A stretch of 64,000 nucleotides of DNA from Geosiphon pyriformis uo1 (lineage: Eukaryota; Fungi; Glomeromycota): the NCBI GenBank assembly GCA_016748015.1, contig JAAOMT010000504.1, positions 119,129-183,128 of the forward strand. Direction: 5' to 3'. Below the pieces are notes generated by a model. That model ran no database searches, was not told the DNA's origin, and saw only the letters and a list, made by a program, of their open reading frames with translations. Each line of letters opens with the position of its first letter. Position 1 is the first letter of the stretch. Position numbers and translations under genes: made by a program. Of the stretch, positions 26,824-39,628 are shown in pieces.

Positions 26824-27651
26824 TATTATTTATAAAATATAGAAATCATATTAGTATATACATTAGCCAATCAGAAATAGGCGTAATAAAATGTGAAATT
26901 CCAGAATTCTTTTCAGAAGAATTGCAGGATTTTAGAATTACAAGATTCTCATATAAAGAATTGCAGAATTCCAGAATTTTAGGATTTTTCTCAAAGAATT
27001 GCAGAATTCCTGATGTAAAGAATTGAGGAATTGAGGAATTTCAATTATGTATATATAGCAGCAGCATTAAAAGCAGAAAAAAACAGACCTTTTAGTTTAG
27101 ATTTAATTAAAGCAATTCTTCAAATCACAAATATCAATAAATAATTATTCACTATCTTAATCCAATTTCCATTATCAACACTTCATGTTGATAGTAACTG
27201 ATACTTAACCACACTAGAACAATAGTTCTTGATCATGGCTATTAACAAGATATTAACTTTACTTGTCTTAACTTAATCTTTTTATTTTCTTTATTTTCTT
27301 TATTTCTTTTATTTTTTTTGTTGTTTACTAATTGATTAAAAATTAATGTATGAAATTATTGATGTCAAAAGAACCAGTAAAAGACCTATAAAACAAGAGT
27401 AGAAAATTCATAGAATTGAGGATAACTTACTAGGAGAATTACTGGTTACTATGCTGAAAAAAAATTTGATAGAATTGCAATTTCAGGAGACTACTAAAAA
27501 CAACTATTAAATCTCTGTTTATTATACAAAGAACTCCACCCAAAACCTTTAGATACAGAAAACCTTTAGATATTACCAATCAGATTAGCTATTGAGCATC
27601 AAGTTATGAGTTTGTTATTTGTATCAACATGCCAAATAATTATCTGTAATA
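26824..27651 (+). repeat. 3' LTR of E3 (U3 type B)
   Basis: Follows a purine tract; colinear with 17829-18652; termini mutated to TA...TA. Confidence 0.9.
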
Positions 27652-30600
27652 TTATCTTTTTTTTGTCAAGTTGTTTTTCAAAAATAAACTTTCTGTTTTG
27701 ATTTTAGAGCTGTATGTTGATGCAACACTGATAGTGTGTTTGTTTTAGACTAATGAAATCAACTCCTTAATTACAAAAGCTGTAAACAAATCTTTTTTTA
27801 TTATCTTAAGTAGTAATTTCAATAAAAATAGTTTCTGTAAGTGTGTTAGTTTTAAAAAGTGCCTCAGTTTGGGACTAGTCAATTCATTGGTTGAAAGCTT
27901 AATTGCAAAAATATCAATGTAGAAAAATTTTAGAAGTATTATGAAAACAATTAATTATGTGTTTATTTCTTCAAACTTGATTAATATAGTAGTAAATCAT
28001 GACATTTTAGATGTTGAAAATTATTTCAATACTAATTATCAGGCCATTTCTGTTTTTGTAGATTTAAGTGGCTTATTAGATGTATGGCTAAATCTTTTGC
28101 ACAAACAAGCAAATAGAAATTGTTAGAAGTTTAATATTAAAAATGCTAATAAGATAAAATAAAACATGTTCATGAATGTTATAGCTGCTAATGTAATAAT
28201 TTTTTTTAATAAGTTTGTTATTTCTAAGAGACTTAAATTTGGATGCAATATGAGATATTATTCACAAAATAGTGTATCTTTCAGCTAATAAAATATTTAA
28301 GAAGAAATAGTTTAAGAACTTTGATAGTGTTTTTACCAAGATTTTTTTTAAATTTCATAAATTGAAAATGTTGGTTTCAAGAATTGTTAAGTCTTTATGT
28401 AAAAATACTGATGATGAGTTTGGTTTTTTAATAGACTGCTGAGCTTTTTTGGACAATAATAAGACTTTAAATATTTAGGCTTTATTGAATTCTGGTACTG
28501 GTTTTAAGTGTGTACATTCTGCTTTTTTTAGTATAAAAAAATTATATTATGTCTGCAAACTGCTGAATCTCTAAAAGCTAAGAAAATAAACATTATGTTT
28601 GTTATCAATAAAATAATAGAGAGTTTTATAGTTAATAAGAATTATACTATTAAAAGTATATTGGAATGCCTTTTTTATAAAGTGGTTTTAGATTATTTAG
28701 TTGTAGATAATAAGTTGGTTTTTGATTTAATTGAAGTTAAATCTAAGATTGATGTAATAATGAAAGATTAAATAAAGAAAAAATTAGTAATAAATGAGGT
28801 TTTTGCTACATGGTATTGTTAATACTTGTCACTGAATTATATTAATAATAATGCTTTTTCTGGTATTATAACTGCTATTAATTTCAATAAATTGCAGTGT
28901 ATGGTAAAAAATCTACTTAACAGAAAGGCCACTGGTTTGTTTAATATTGTTAATAAACTTTAAAAACATTATAGCATCTTAGTTTTTATGATGCTTTTGG
29001 ATCTCTTGAACTCTTGTTTAATATATAAATCTGTGTTTTGCCCATAAAAAGAAGCTTGGGTGTCAATAATTTCTAAGTCTTATGAGTAGAATAGAGTCTT
29101 AATTAATACCAAACCAATTGCCTTAATTGAGACTGCTTGTAAAATTCTCTTTAAGATACTTTTTGATAGAATTTTATTGGTGTATAATAGATTTGATGTT
29201 TTTTGTGGTAACAATTTTTCTGTATTAAGGGGTACTACTATTCAGTTTTCTATCTTTGTTGTGAACTCTGTAATTAAAGATGCTTTGGAAAAAGGTTGTA
29301 AGTTTTGGCTTGTCTTGTAGGATATGTAAAAAGCCTATGACTCCATTGGATAACATTATCTTAGAAATAGTTTAATTTAAATTAAAATGTGTAAGTATTT
29401 TGGTAGTATTTACAATAGTAGAATAAACCAAGTTATAACAGATTATGAGCTTACTAATGAGTACTACATGCATAATGGTCTGAATCAAAGTGAAATTTTT
29501 TTTTTGTTTTGAAGAATCTTTTATAATCCTCTTTTATATAAAGTTAAGAAACATAAAAGCTTTTATAGTTATTGTATTAACATTAAATTTGTTGCCAAAA
29601 CTGGCAAAATAGAGTTACAAAGTAAATTATTTTCATTTCTAGCAGTTGATGCTTTTATCAATGACACAATTTGGATGAAAAATAGTTAGACAGCTGTACA
29701 ATGTATTTTAGATCTTGCTAGTAAATTTTTTAATATTAACAATATTTCAATTAACAATGAAAAAATGGTGGCTATTTTTATTAACCAGAGAGTTAAGAAT
29801 GTTTTATTACTGATAAGTAGTTTGCCAATTTTTATTGTATAAAAAAAAAGTTTCACAGATATTTTGGTATTTTTTTGTCTTCTAAAGACTTATCCAAATT
29901 CAGCCTGGCAAAGACTCATTTAAATGTCAAGTTTTTTGCTAATATAGTTTTGAGGAAGGCTATTTTAAATAAACAATTTCTTTATTTGGTTTTAATAATA
30001 TTATATCTTATTGTAAGTTATAGAACTCAGTTTTGTTTTGTCTTTAAGAGTATATATAATAAGTGGAATACACTAATCAGAAGAGATTTAAGAATGAAGA
30101 CTGGCTTGTCTAAAGACTTTTCCAATAAAGTCTTTTATTATTTGTCTTTGTATAGTCTGAAATTTTTTGAGTAGATGCAAGCTGAAAGTAAGTTGGCTTC
30201 AGTATTGTATTTTTCAAATGCTTTTGGTATTTTTGGTTGTTTGTTTAGCCATAAATATTTTAATTTACAAGTTTCAAGTTGGTCTTTAGTATATTTTTTA
30301 CAGTTCTCTGTTAGAATAAGGATCAGTCCAGTTAACAACTTTCTAGCTGGTATGATAAAGATTTTTTTGGATTATAATATGTTTCTTAACAACAATATTT
30401 CTTCTGTATTTTGGTTTTCAAAAGGCATTTCAATATGTTTTGGGAAAATTAGCATTCTATAATGTTTTCAGATCACTTAAAAGATTTAGTATTGTTTTTG
30501 TTAAATAATTGTATGATAAAAAAAGTTTAATTTTTGATTGAAAAAGTTTTTGTTAATGAAAAAAACTCAATTTTAAGGGCCCTGTTTCTGTGTAGTTTAA

Positions 30601-32030
30601 ATTGGCATGTAAGTATTTGGTTAACTTTTTCTGTTGTTTTGTTGTATAGTCTTTTATTAATAACATCCAATGTTTAAACATTTTTGATTTTAATGGTTTT
30701 TTTATAGTATAATAGTGTCTTTTTAAAGCTGATTTAAATATCATCAATGTTTACATAAATAAATCTTTAAAAAACTTAAATATATACAAGATAAGATATG
30801 ATGTGACTGTATTTTTTGGATTTGAATTTGGGCATTGGTGTCAAGATCAATAGTTTGGTTTCTTTCATGATAGTTGAATTACAGACAATTGCTCTGGTTT
30901 TGAAATATGTTCTTGTAGATAATAGCATTGTAGTACATTTGAACAGTCAGGCTGCTCTAGATGCTTGTAATCTTGAGTTAAGATTGGCTCTATTAGATTT
31001 CCACAATTGGTATTGGATAGAAAGGCATAATGTGATAAACTTTATTAAGGATAAGAGGCTTAATGTATCTTGGTCTAAGATTAAAAGCCATTCAAAGCTC
31101 TCAGGCAATAAGCATGCTAATAAATTGGCTGACTTATCTTTATGCTCGAATTTAATACTTTCTGTTTTTGTTAAAAAAAGTTATATTAGGGCTGGTAGAG
31201 TGAAAGTGTTTGATAATATTTGTTATTTTGTGTATAGTGTCTTTAGGGCTATTTATTGAACTTACTGAAAGATAAGATTTGGATTTAATGTTATTGATGC
31301 AAATATGATTAAAAATGTGAATTGGATTAGAATTTTTTTGGTGTGGTATTTTAACTTACATATAGTGTTTGGCTTTACAAGTAAACTTACTGCCAATTTG
31401 CACTCATATTTTATGAAGGCTTTGTATTGTTGTTTACTAGTTGCTGTCAGAAAGCACTTGTATGATAGAACTTATTTCAGTGTATTGTGTCTTTATTGCA
31501 GCAAGATGAAACTTCTTAATTACTTATTTATATATATAATAAACTCTGCTACTTATACAAAATTGCTTAATTCTCATATAATTTAGTAGGTCTTTATGTT
31601 AGAATTGAGTCTGTTTTTATTTTATGTCATGCAATTGCTTTCTATATATGCTTCTGATTTTGGAATGTATATTGCTTTGTACAAGAGTTTTGTTTTTAAA
31701 AATTGTTAATTGAAGACTTTGTCCGTTTTTGGATGTGCTAAAATTGCTGGCAAAATAATTATTAAATTGGTAAAAAGTTTGGAAATAGTTTATTAAACAG
31801 AGATGTGAATAATAAAAGCCAAGTTTAAAGTGATTATAGAAAAAAGGATTTGATTGTAGGCAATAATTCAGTACTTTCAGGGATCTATAGGTTTTTATTA
31901 TTGTTTTCTGTTAAAGTTGTTAAATTATTTAGTATTGTGAAGATGCATAATATTGGTTTTGGTTTTTGCAAGTCTTGCAGTTTTTTTTTGGTATTAATTA
32001 TACAATGTCTATTAGAATAAATCTATAATG
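27652..32030 (+). mobile_element. LINE copy B, ORF2 (APE C-terminal part, RT, RNase H, C-terminal Zn motif); degenerate, 5' part missing
   Basis: Decayed motifs KPIALIETACKIL, LVL*DM*KAYDSIG, GLNQSE and AFINDTIW (RT). ELQTIAL, HLNSQAALDAC and KIKSHSKLSGNKHANKLA in ORF 30816-31259 (RNase H). CLYC in ORF 31305-31586. 3' end approximate. Confidence 0.85.
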
Positions 32031-34296
32031 TTGCTTTAATTGGCCTAAATAGTTAGTTATATATAGAAAGTACATAATTTGCACCTAATTTATATTACAT
32101 AATTTGATGTATTGTATTAAGTAATATTTGGATCTTATTTGTAAAATGTTAATAATAAATTAAATGACAAAATTAATAACTTATTTAGTAAAATAAAACA
32201 TTATATAAAATATTAATAATAGAAATTTAAAAAAATAATTAAGAATACATACATATTTTAAAAATTAATAAAAATTATTTAAAGCTTGAAAAAAAAAAAT
32301 ATATATATATAAAATAATTAACTGTTTATTATAAAACAAAAAAAAATTGATATAATATAAAACTAATACTTTTTTTAATTTATAGAAAACTGTATATATA
32401 GCTAAATTACATAAAATCTATATATTATATTAAGACTACTTAAAATATATTAATTATTTATATATATTTAATTACTTAATTCAATTGTAAACTTAATTAA
32501 TATGTTATTTTTTTGGAAGTAAATAATTTAAATAATAAGATTTAAATGGTTAAATTTAAAATTATAATTATATATTATTAATATTAATTATGTTTATAAT
32601 CAATATAATTAGACATAGATTAATTAATTAGATTTTTTGATAATTATTTTGGATAGTAATTACAGATCTGAAATATTATATTGTATAAATAAGAATATAT
32701 AAGCATCTTAAAGCATATCAAAATCTGTTGTTATTAAATTATATATAACAATTTTTAATTTTTATTGGTGTTTTTAGTTTGCCAAGATTTTTTTGTATTT
32801 AATTTAATTAAACAATTAGATTGTAATAAATCTTTTTGTTATTATTAAGCTGATTATTGATTTTTTTTTTTATTTGCTAACTAATTTGTTAATTAAATTT
32901 GATAATATAGATTTTTTTTACATGATTTTAATAATAATTTTTTTAGTATATTGTTGTAATTTTTGCATTAAAAATCATGTAAATTTTTGGTAATATTAAA
33001 AAACAATTATAATATAATATACTAATAAAAAACTTTTTTTTTGCTAATATTGTATTTTTAGAATATAATAAAAAAAATACTAATAAATTTATGTTTTTGT
33101 AATAACTAAAAAATTATATTAAAATATGTAATATTTTCTTAATATTAAAAAATATAAAAAAACTTTTTGTTATTTATCTAAATAATATAAAAAAACAGCT
33201 ATTTTTTTTACAAAAAATAATGGGGTTTTTTTTATCTGTAACAACAAAAAAAAATAGTTATTACTTAAATTTATTTTATATATTAAAGTATTATAATAAG
33301 ATTAAAATATTTAGATATGATGTTTATTGTTTTTTAATTATAAGCAATTATATTTATTTTTGTTATTCTATTTATAATACATATTTTTTAATACTTTATT
33401 AATTGTATTACACAAAAAAAACCAAATATTCAAGATAATAAAAATAATCAGTTAAATAAAAATAATCTACTAATTTAATTAATAATTTTTTTGTTAATTT
33501 TAAACAAATATTAATTTTATAAAATTATAAAATATTTTTAAAAAGAAAATAAGAAAACAACCTAATTTTTTATGATCTGAAATCTTAAAAAGTTTTATAA
33601 TTAAGAAATAAAAAAAAAATTATAGTTTAATATATAAATTAAATTATTTAATTGACTAATAAATTATGTATTATTTAAAATTATATAATGTTGATATTTT
33701 TATATTTTAATTGATTAATAAAAATCCAAAATTACATGCCATATAAAATCATATAAAACATGAGATTTTGAGTTTTTTTCTTTTTTTCTTTTATAATAAC
33801 ATAATATATATTTGTTTTCTTAGTTAATTTAGTTTTTAATTATAATAATCTAATTGTAATTATATAAAAAGTAATTATATTAAGTAAATTTATTTTTGTA
33901 AATCCAATATAATTTAATTTTAACTAACTTAATTGGTTAATTATATGTAAATAAAGTATAAATTATTTTTAATTTAAAATATTTTAATATTATATTGTAT
34001 TAAACTATGTTTTATTAAAACATAAAAAAAAATATACTGTTTGTTTTTTTATAAAAAATATTGCATTTATGTATTTTAATTAATGTTTTACAATTATTTT
34101 ATTTATAATAACTTTATAATTATTGTTAATCTTAAATATTTTTAATTGTTAAACTAAATTTTACTTTTACCACATTATGCAAAAAAATAGTTTACAAGCA
34201 AAAAATTAACACTTAAATCTGTTTATTATTAAATGATTAAAGTAAATTGGCCATAACCCTATTATATATGATGTTTTTGAAATATAATGTTTTTTG

Positions 34297-35895
34297 TTAT
34301 ATTTCCAATGTATTTTCAGGCAAGTGATAATCTTTATGAAATTGTTGAACTTCAGCACCAAACTTTTCTAACCATTTCTCTTCATCAGTTATTTTCCATC
34401 TACTCGCATCCTCAACAGATGCAACAAATTGTTTCAGCCCTCCCTCCAATTTATCTATTAACTCTAACAACGACATTTTCCTTCCAACCTTGATAATTGC
34501 AATGATTTGACACAATTCGATGTAGTCCTGAATAATTGCTTGACATGAATCGAATCGAAGTTGCAGCATAGTTGCAAGGCCAAAATCAATAAAATAGAAA
34601 CGTTCATTTCTTCGTATAATGTTCCGAATAGCGACATCCCCATGTGCATAACAATTGGAGTGAATCTGTTTCAGACACGACCATAAGTCCAGAATGATTT
34701 GAAAAAGTGTGTAATCATTTATATCACCGTTATCGGAAATCCAAGATTCCAGAGGTTGTCCCACGAAGTCTGTTATTATTGCCTGAAATCCTCCCATTGT
34801 ATGGCCTTCAAAGAGAATTTTGGGAACACAAGAAAGATTGCTTAATGCATGCAATGCCGATATTTCTTGATAGATTTGAGAAAATTCAGAGTTTTTGCGG
34901 ACCTCAATCTTCAATCAAAAAAAATTAGTTGATCGATATGATAAGTTTAATATACAGATATGGGAATTAATTTACCTTCAGAACAGCCTCCTTTATTCCA
35001 TAATCCAGTACTTGTACCAAAAATACTAGACTCTCTTTTCCAGTTCCGAGGTGGGATATAACTTGTACATGAATATCATTTCCAGAGTCTAATTTGATAA
35101 TAAAACCTTTTTTGATGAAAGAAGCCAAGAGACTTTCAGGAGTCAATGATAATTTAAGAAACATATAAGCCTTATCATTATTTGGAGAATCTTTTTTTTC
35201 GCCAGATGCTTTCATCAAGTATTCACCATAATAATGATTGATTAAGCCAGCGATAAGTGAAGCCGTTTGAGTATTCCATATATACAGTTGACTTTCTCCC
35301 ATTGCCAATTTGTTTCGGGCTTCATTTATGGTGACTTTCATAAATTGCCAATGGTTTCCGTCAGTTAAACATCCATAGAAGACTGATGTTAAAGGAACAT
35401 TTGCTGTAAGGTATATACTAGCGTACTTTACTATCTGTCCTTTCCCTGTTTTTCCTTTTCTCTGATCGATTATATCATTTTTGACTTCCCAACCTAATCC
35501 CTTTGATAAATCGGGTGGATTATTCGTCAATTGACTATAGTATTGATTTAAACCAATTATGATATCAGGATAAACTTCATCTTCTTTTCTATAACTGGTA
35601 TCTCCAAGTACAAGTAAGTCTTTCAAACTCAAACATTTTACTGTTTCATCCACAACCTTTTTGCAAAATGGCTGGTGTTGCTTTACTTCATCTGATCCTT
35701 TAGTAGGAGGAGAAGGTAGTTTTTTAAATGTTTGTTCACCAATCCGTGGTAGTCTCTGTATCTCATTTTCCATCTTCCACATTTTTACCCAATTATTTTG
35801 TCTCATATATCTGTACACAGAGGAGGAATTTTTTGATTTGCCTGTCTCAAGTTGTAATATCACTGATCGCAGGCCTGCAACTTGGTCTCTAGATT
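34297..35895 (-). CDS. Crinkler(CRN)-like protein: PD-(D/E)xK restriction-endonuclease-like domain plus protein kinase domain; exons ~35895-34976 and 34908-34297; true 5' end uncertain
   Basis: Intact ORFs that retain CpG. A 67-nt GT-AG intron (34975-34909) joins EAVLK|IEVRK. Kinase motifs: LGTGKES, AVLK, QE, HGDVAIRN, DFG. N-terminal YPDIIIG...WEVK...GQIVKY...YGCLTDGNHWQF fits a REase fold. Confidence 0.82.
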
Positions 35896-36244
35896 CTTGT
35901 GAATGAAATAATGATAGTGAGGCACAAGTTAAAAAAATGACAGCGAGAAAAGCAGTGTAGATGGGATGCAAAATTTAAAATAAAATTAGAGCATTGACAT
36001 AAGAATATCTAAAAAGAATCATCGATCATAATATCAGAAAACCCTATTACTGTGTCTACTCTATCCTACGGAGGTAAAAAGGAGAGAACGACGTACCTGA
36101 AATATGGACCCAGTTGATGGAATGAAACAGGGCGTACGCGAATAGAGGACAGCAATAAGTTCACGAGTTAGTCAACATCGAAAACATTCCCATGAACGGA
36201 TGAATAAACGAGGCAGAAGTGATGCATGGAAAATAAATGCCTAC

Positions 36245-36250
36245 CTTCGT
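36245..36250 (-). other. Putative 6-nt microexon ACGAAG upstream of the kinase gene
   Basis: Branch point GCTGACTAAC (36317-36308), pyrimidine tract, TTAG acceptor, ACGAAG, then GTAGGC donor. Confidence 0.5.
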
Positions 36251-36560
36251 CTAACAAGATAGGTTTGACAACAGAAAATAAGAGATGAAAAAGAGAAATA
36301 ACCACTTGTTAGTCAGCTATCGGTCAATAACAGAGACGCATAAACATGAACCAAAGAACACACGTTGAATGGAAGGAAAAAGCAGTACAGGTAGATATGT
36401 GAACACAGTCGTTCAGAAAGTGCATTACACAAAAGAGAGGAGAATAAGACACAGACAGCAAAAAAAAGAAACGTCGTTAGTTGTCATAAACTCTACTCTA
36501 TATACGCTGTCTACTCTAACCTAGTACATACTACTCTACCACCCCAACACCTAAGCAACA

Positions 36561-36580
36561 NNNNNNNNNNNNNNNNNNNN
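36561..36580. other. Assembly gap
   Basis: Run of 20 N. Confidence 1.
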
Positions 36581-37289
36581 TACAATATTAATAATATTAA
36601 AAAACTCACTAATTATGTTTAAATTTTTTTTATTAACCCATTTAATGAGTGCAGTCCAATTGCTATCTAGTACATAGAACCAAACTAAGTGGCTCAAACT
36701 AAATGCAGCTCACGCTTTTACTACATGTGGCCAGCCACTCAGATCAGACAAGACAACACTACACATCTATATTAACACAAGCATCTCCATCCAAACCACA
36801 TTTTTTATTATTATAAAATAGACTTTAATATATTATAAATAAAATAATTTTAAATTAATTATTGTATATTTTAAATATTTAATTTATATGTTATTGTAAA
36901 AATTTATGCAATATTAAATTTAAAACAAAAATTTAATTATTTTTAAAACATAATGTTTTTAACAATTTTATTATTATTTTTAATAATAATAATAATAATA
37001 AAGTTATTAATATTTTTATACTTTTTTATATTTATTTATAAAAAATATATTATATTTATAGTAATAATAGTATTTATTTTATTAAAACAATTTTATAATA
37101 GTATTATTTTTAATAATAAATTTAAAAAAATTAATAAATTTTATATTATAAGTATTGTTATCAGTGGAATTTTAGTTATTAATTAGCATAAAATTACTCT
37201 TATAATTTCTATTATTAATTAGTATATATTAATATTATTTCAATTATTATTTATTATTTAATCAAATTATTAAATATTACTATTTAATT

Positions 37290-37492
37290 AATAATCTGAT
37301 TTGTACAATAAAAATTAAGATGAAAATTAAAAAAATTCTCTTTTGTTAATCTCTTATTCATGATAAAAGCAAAAATTTTTCATAAAAATAGCTTTTTCTT
37401 TTTTCTACTTTAGTTATTTCTTTTAATATATCTTCTTTTGTTACAATAAAACTGGTGGACTTATCTGCTAGTGGTTTTAATTCTGGCTTAAC
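37290..37492 (+). mobile_element. 5' stub of a LINE of the same family as copy A
   Basis: (M>I)KLVDLSASGFNSGLT matches the ORF1 start of copy A and is preceded by a similar pyrimidine-rich UTR; it ends abruptly at E4 sequence. Confidence 0.55.
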
Positions 37493-38335
37493 TCATATTA
37501 AATGAAGTTGGAACCATTATTGTTATTATTGTTAGAATCTGAATTGAGATTGAATTTCAATTCTGATTCCACTACACACTTGTTAATTGGCTCTTTTTCT
37601 TTAGAAATTGAATAGATTATTTATGGTAATAAATTGTAAATGAGATCACACTTATTACAATACTTAAAGTCACATAATATTAAACAATAGTCACATAGTC
37701 AGGTGTTTAACTCTTCTAACTATTGCTCCTGTTTTTTTTTAGTGAATGCCAATTCTTAATAGTGTTTGTAAAATTGTTCTGAATTCATAATGTTGAAGAT
37801 AATATTGGAATTTGGAATCTAAATAATTTTTTTGAATTCTGGTGAGTTGTTTTTGATTGTTTTTATTTCTTCTAATATCATGTCTTTGATTTTGGTAATT
37901 GTTATTTTCCAGATTTTGTTGTTATTATATGGACAATTATCCAAATATTTTATAGCTTTTTGTTAAGCAGCATCTATTGGCATTTTTTTCTTACTCAATT
38001 GTTGATTAAAATTATATATTAACATAATTTATTGTATATTTTTCTATAACCAAGAATGTTGTTTCATATTTTTTTATCTAAGAAAGTTTTTTCACATGCA
38101 AAACATGATTTGTTGTTCCATTTTTCTTGTTTTTTTGGTTATTTAAAACATTCAAAAATGCATAGGCAATAGTAATATTTTGTTACTGTTGGCTATTTCT
38201 TATTATTATCATAACATATATCTATTGTTAATAATTTTTTGTCACAATTAATACAAATTAGTTTGAGTTGACAATAGTTTGGTTAATATTGAGTGATAAT
38301 GATGTATAATATATATATAGAGATAGTTGCTTGAA

Positions 38336-38487
<152 letters not shown>

Positions 38488-38771
38488 CCATATAGATACT
38501 GGTGATAAGTTGTTATGGTCATTATCTGTCTAGAAGACTTAATAAGCTTCTCAAGTGGGTTTCTTTTTTTTCTTTTCAAACTTGATCAGTGACTGCTTAT
38601 TTTTAGTAGTTTTGAAATGTCTACAAGTGGCTAATATCTGAATATTCTAACTATTCTGACTCAGTTGTAATTTCTGAATGTTCTAATTGAGTATAATATT
38701 GATTTTGAACAATCAGTTATTATTAACTAGAGCTTAGTACTGTATGGCTTTCATTATCAACACTTTAATGA

Positions 38772-39628
38772 TGTTATTTATAGAATATAAGAAGTATATT
38801 AGCACATAAATTAGCTAATTAGAGGTAGATGTAGTAAAATGTAAAATTCTAGGATTCCAGAAATTTCAGAATTCTTGTATAAAAAATTGTAAGATTTCAG
38901 AATTCCAGAATTCTTCTTAAAAGAATTGCAGAATTTCAGGAATTCCAGGATTCTTGGTGTGAAAAATTTAAAAATTGAGGAATCTCAATTAAATATATAT
39001 AGCAGTAGCATTAGAAGTAGAAAAGACAAATCTCTTAGTTTAGATTTTATTTAAACAATCTTCTAATTCACAAATATTAATAAATAATTATTTACTATTT
39101 CAATCTATTTTTCACTATTAACACTTTATGTTAATAGCAACTGATACTTAAACACTTTGAAACAATAGCTCTTGATTATGGCTATTGATAAAATACTAAT
39201 ATTTATCATCTTGGCTTATTTTTCTATATTTTTTTTATTTTATTTCTTTTCTTTTGTTATTTTTTGTTGTTACTAATTGATTAAAGATTAAGTACTGAGT
39301 TACTGATGTCACAGATAGCCTAATAAAAGACCCAGAAATAAGGATAACATCATATATATATTAATAGATAGCTTATCAGAAGAGCATAACTGCCAGAATA
39401 AAACCAGCCACCAAGCTGAAAAAAAAATTGGATGGAATTGTAATTCTGGAAAGCTACCAAACACTCATAACTAAATCTTTGTCTATTATACAAAAGACTC
39501 AACCAAAATCTTCAGACCATAGAAACCTTTAAAGACAAAATTATTAAAGACTTATATCATTAAATCAATTAAGCACTAAGTTACAAGTTTGTTATTTGAT
39601 TTGAGACTTCAAATAATCATTTATAACA
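38772..39628 (+). repeat. Solo LTR (U3 type B) inserted in E4 protease, TSD ATGA
   Basis: TGTTAT...TATAACA, flanked by ATGA at 38768-38771 and 39629-39632. Confidence 0.9.

Larger units (their letters stand above)
17829..27651 (+). mobile_element. Full-length Gypsy copy E3 (~9.8 kb, two LTRs); degenerate, flanks do not match
   Basis: 5' LTR 17829-18652, PBS, Gag (MAYAPITKLEKFTG at ~19638, WYQSL...YFSNNNSIN), protease ~21000-21390, Cys-rich ~21620-22260, dUTPase ~22490-22910, RT ~23550-24110, RH, IN 24980-26143, ORF3, 3' LTR 26824-27651. Confidence 0.94.

Noticed and set aside
27652-28100. LINE B as the continuation of LINE A
   Set aside because: The two overlap by ~100 codons of endonuclease with different sequence, so they are separate copies.
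32030-34250. Small ORFs in AT deserts (33220, also 36953, 55929)
   Set aside because: Low-complexity I/F/Y/K/N composition expected by chance in near-pure AT DNA.
35896-35971. Signal-peptide-like N-terminus MHPIYTAFLAVIFLTCASLSLF of ORF 34967-35971
   Set aside because: It starts at TTG, not ATG, and coincides with a pyrimidine-rich AG-free tract before an acceptor; it is likely intron read-through.
36620-36800. GC-richer patch next to the gap as an RNA gene
   Set aside because: No tRNA cloverleaf, A/B boxes or recognisable ncRNA motif.
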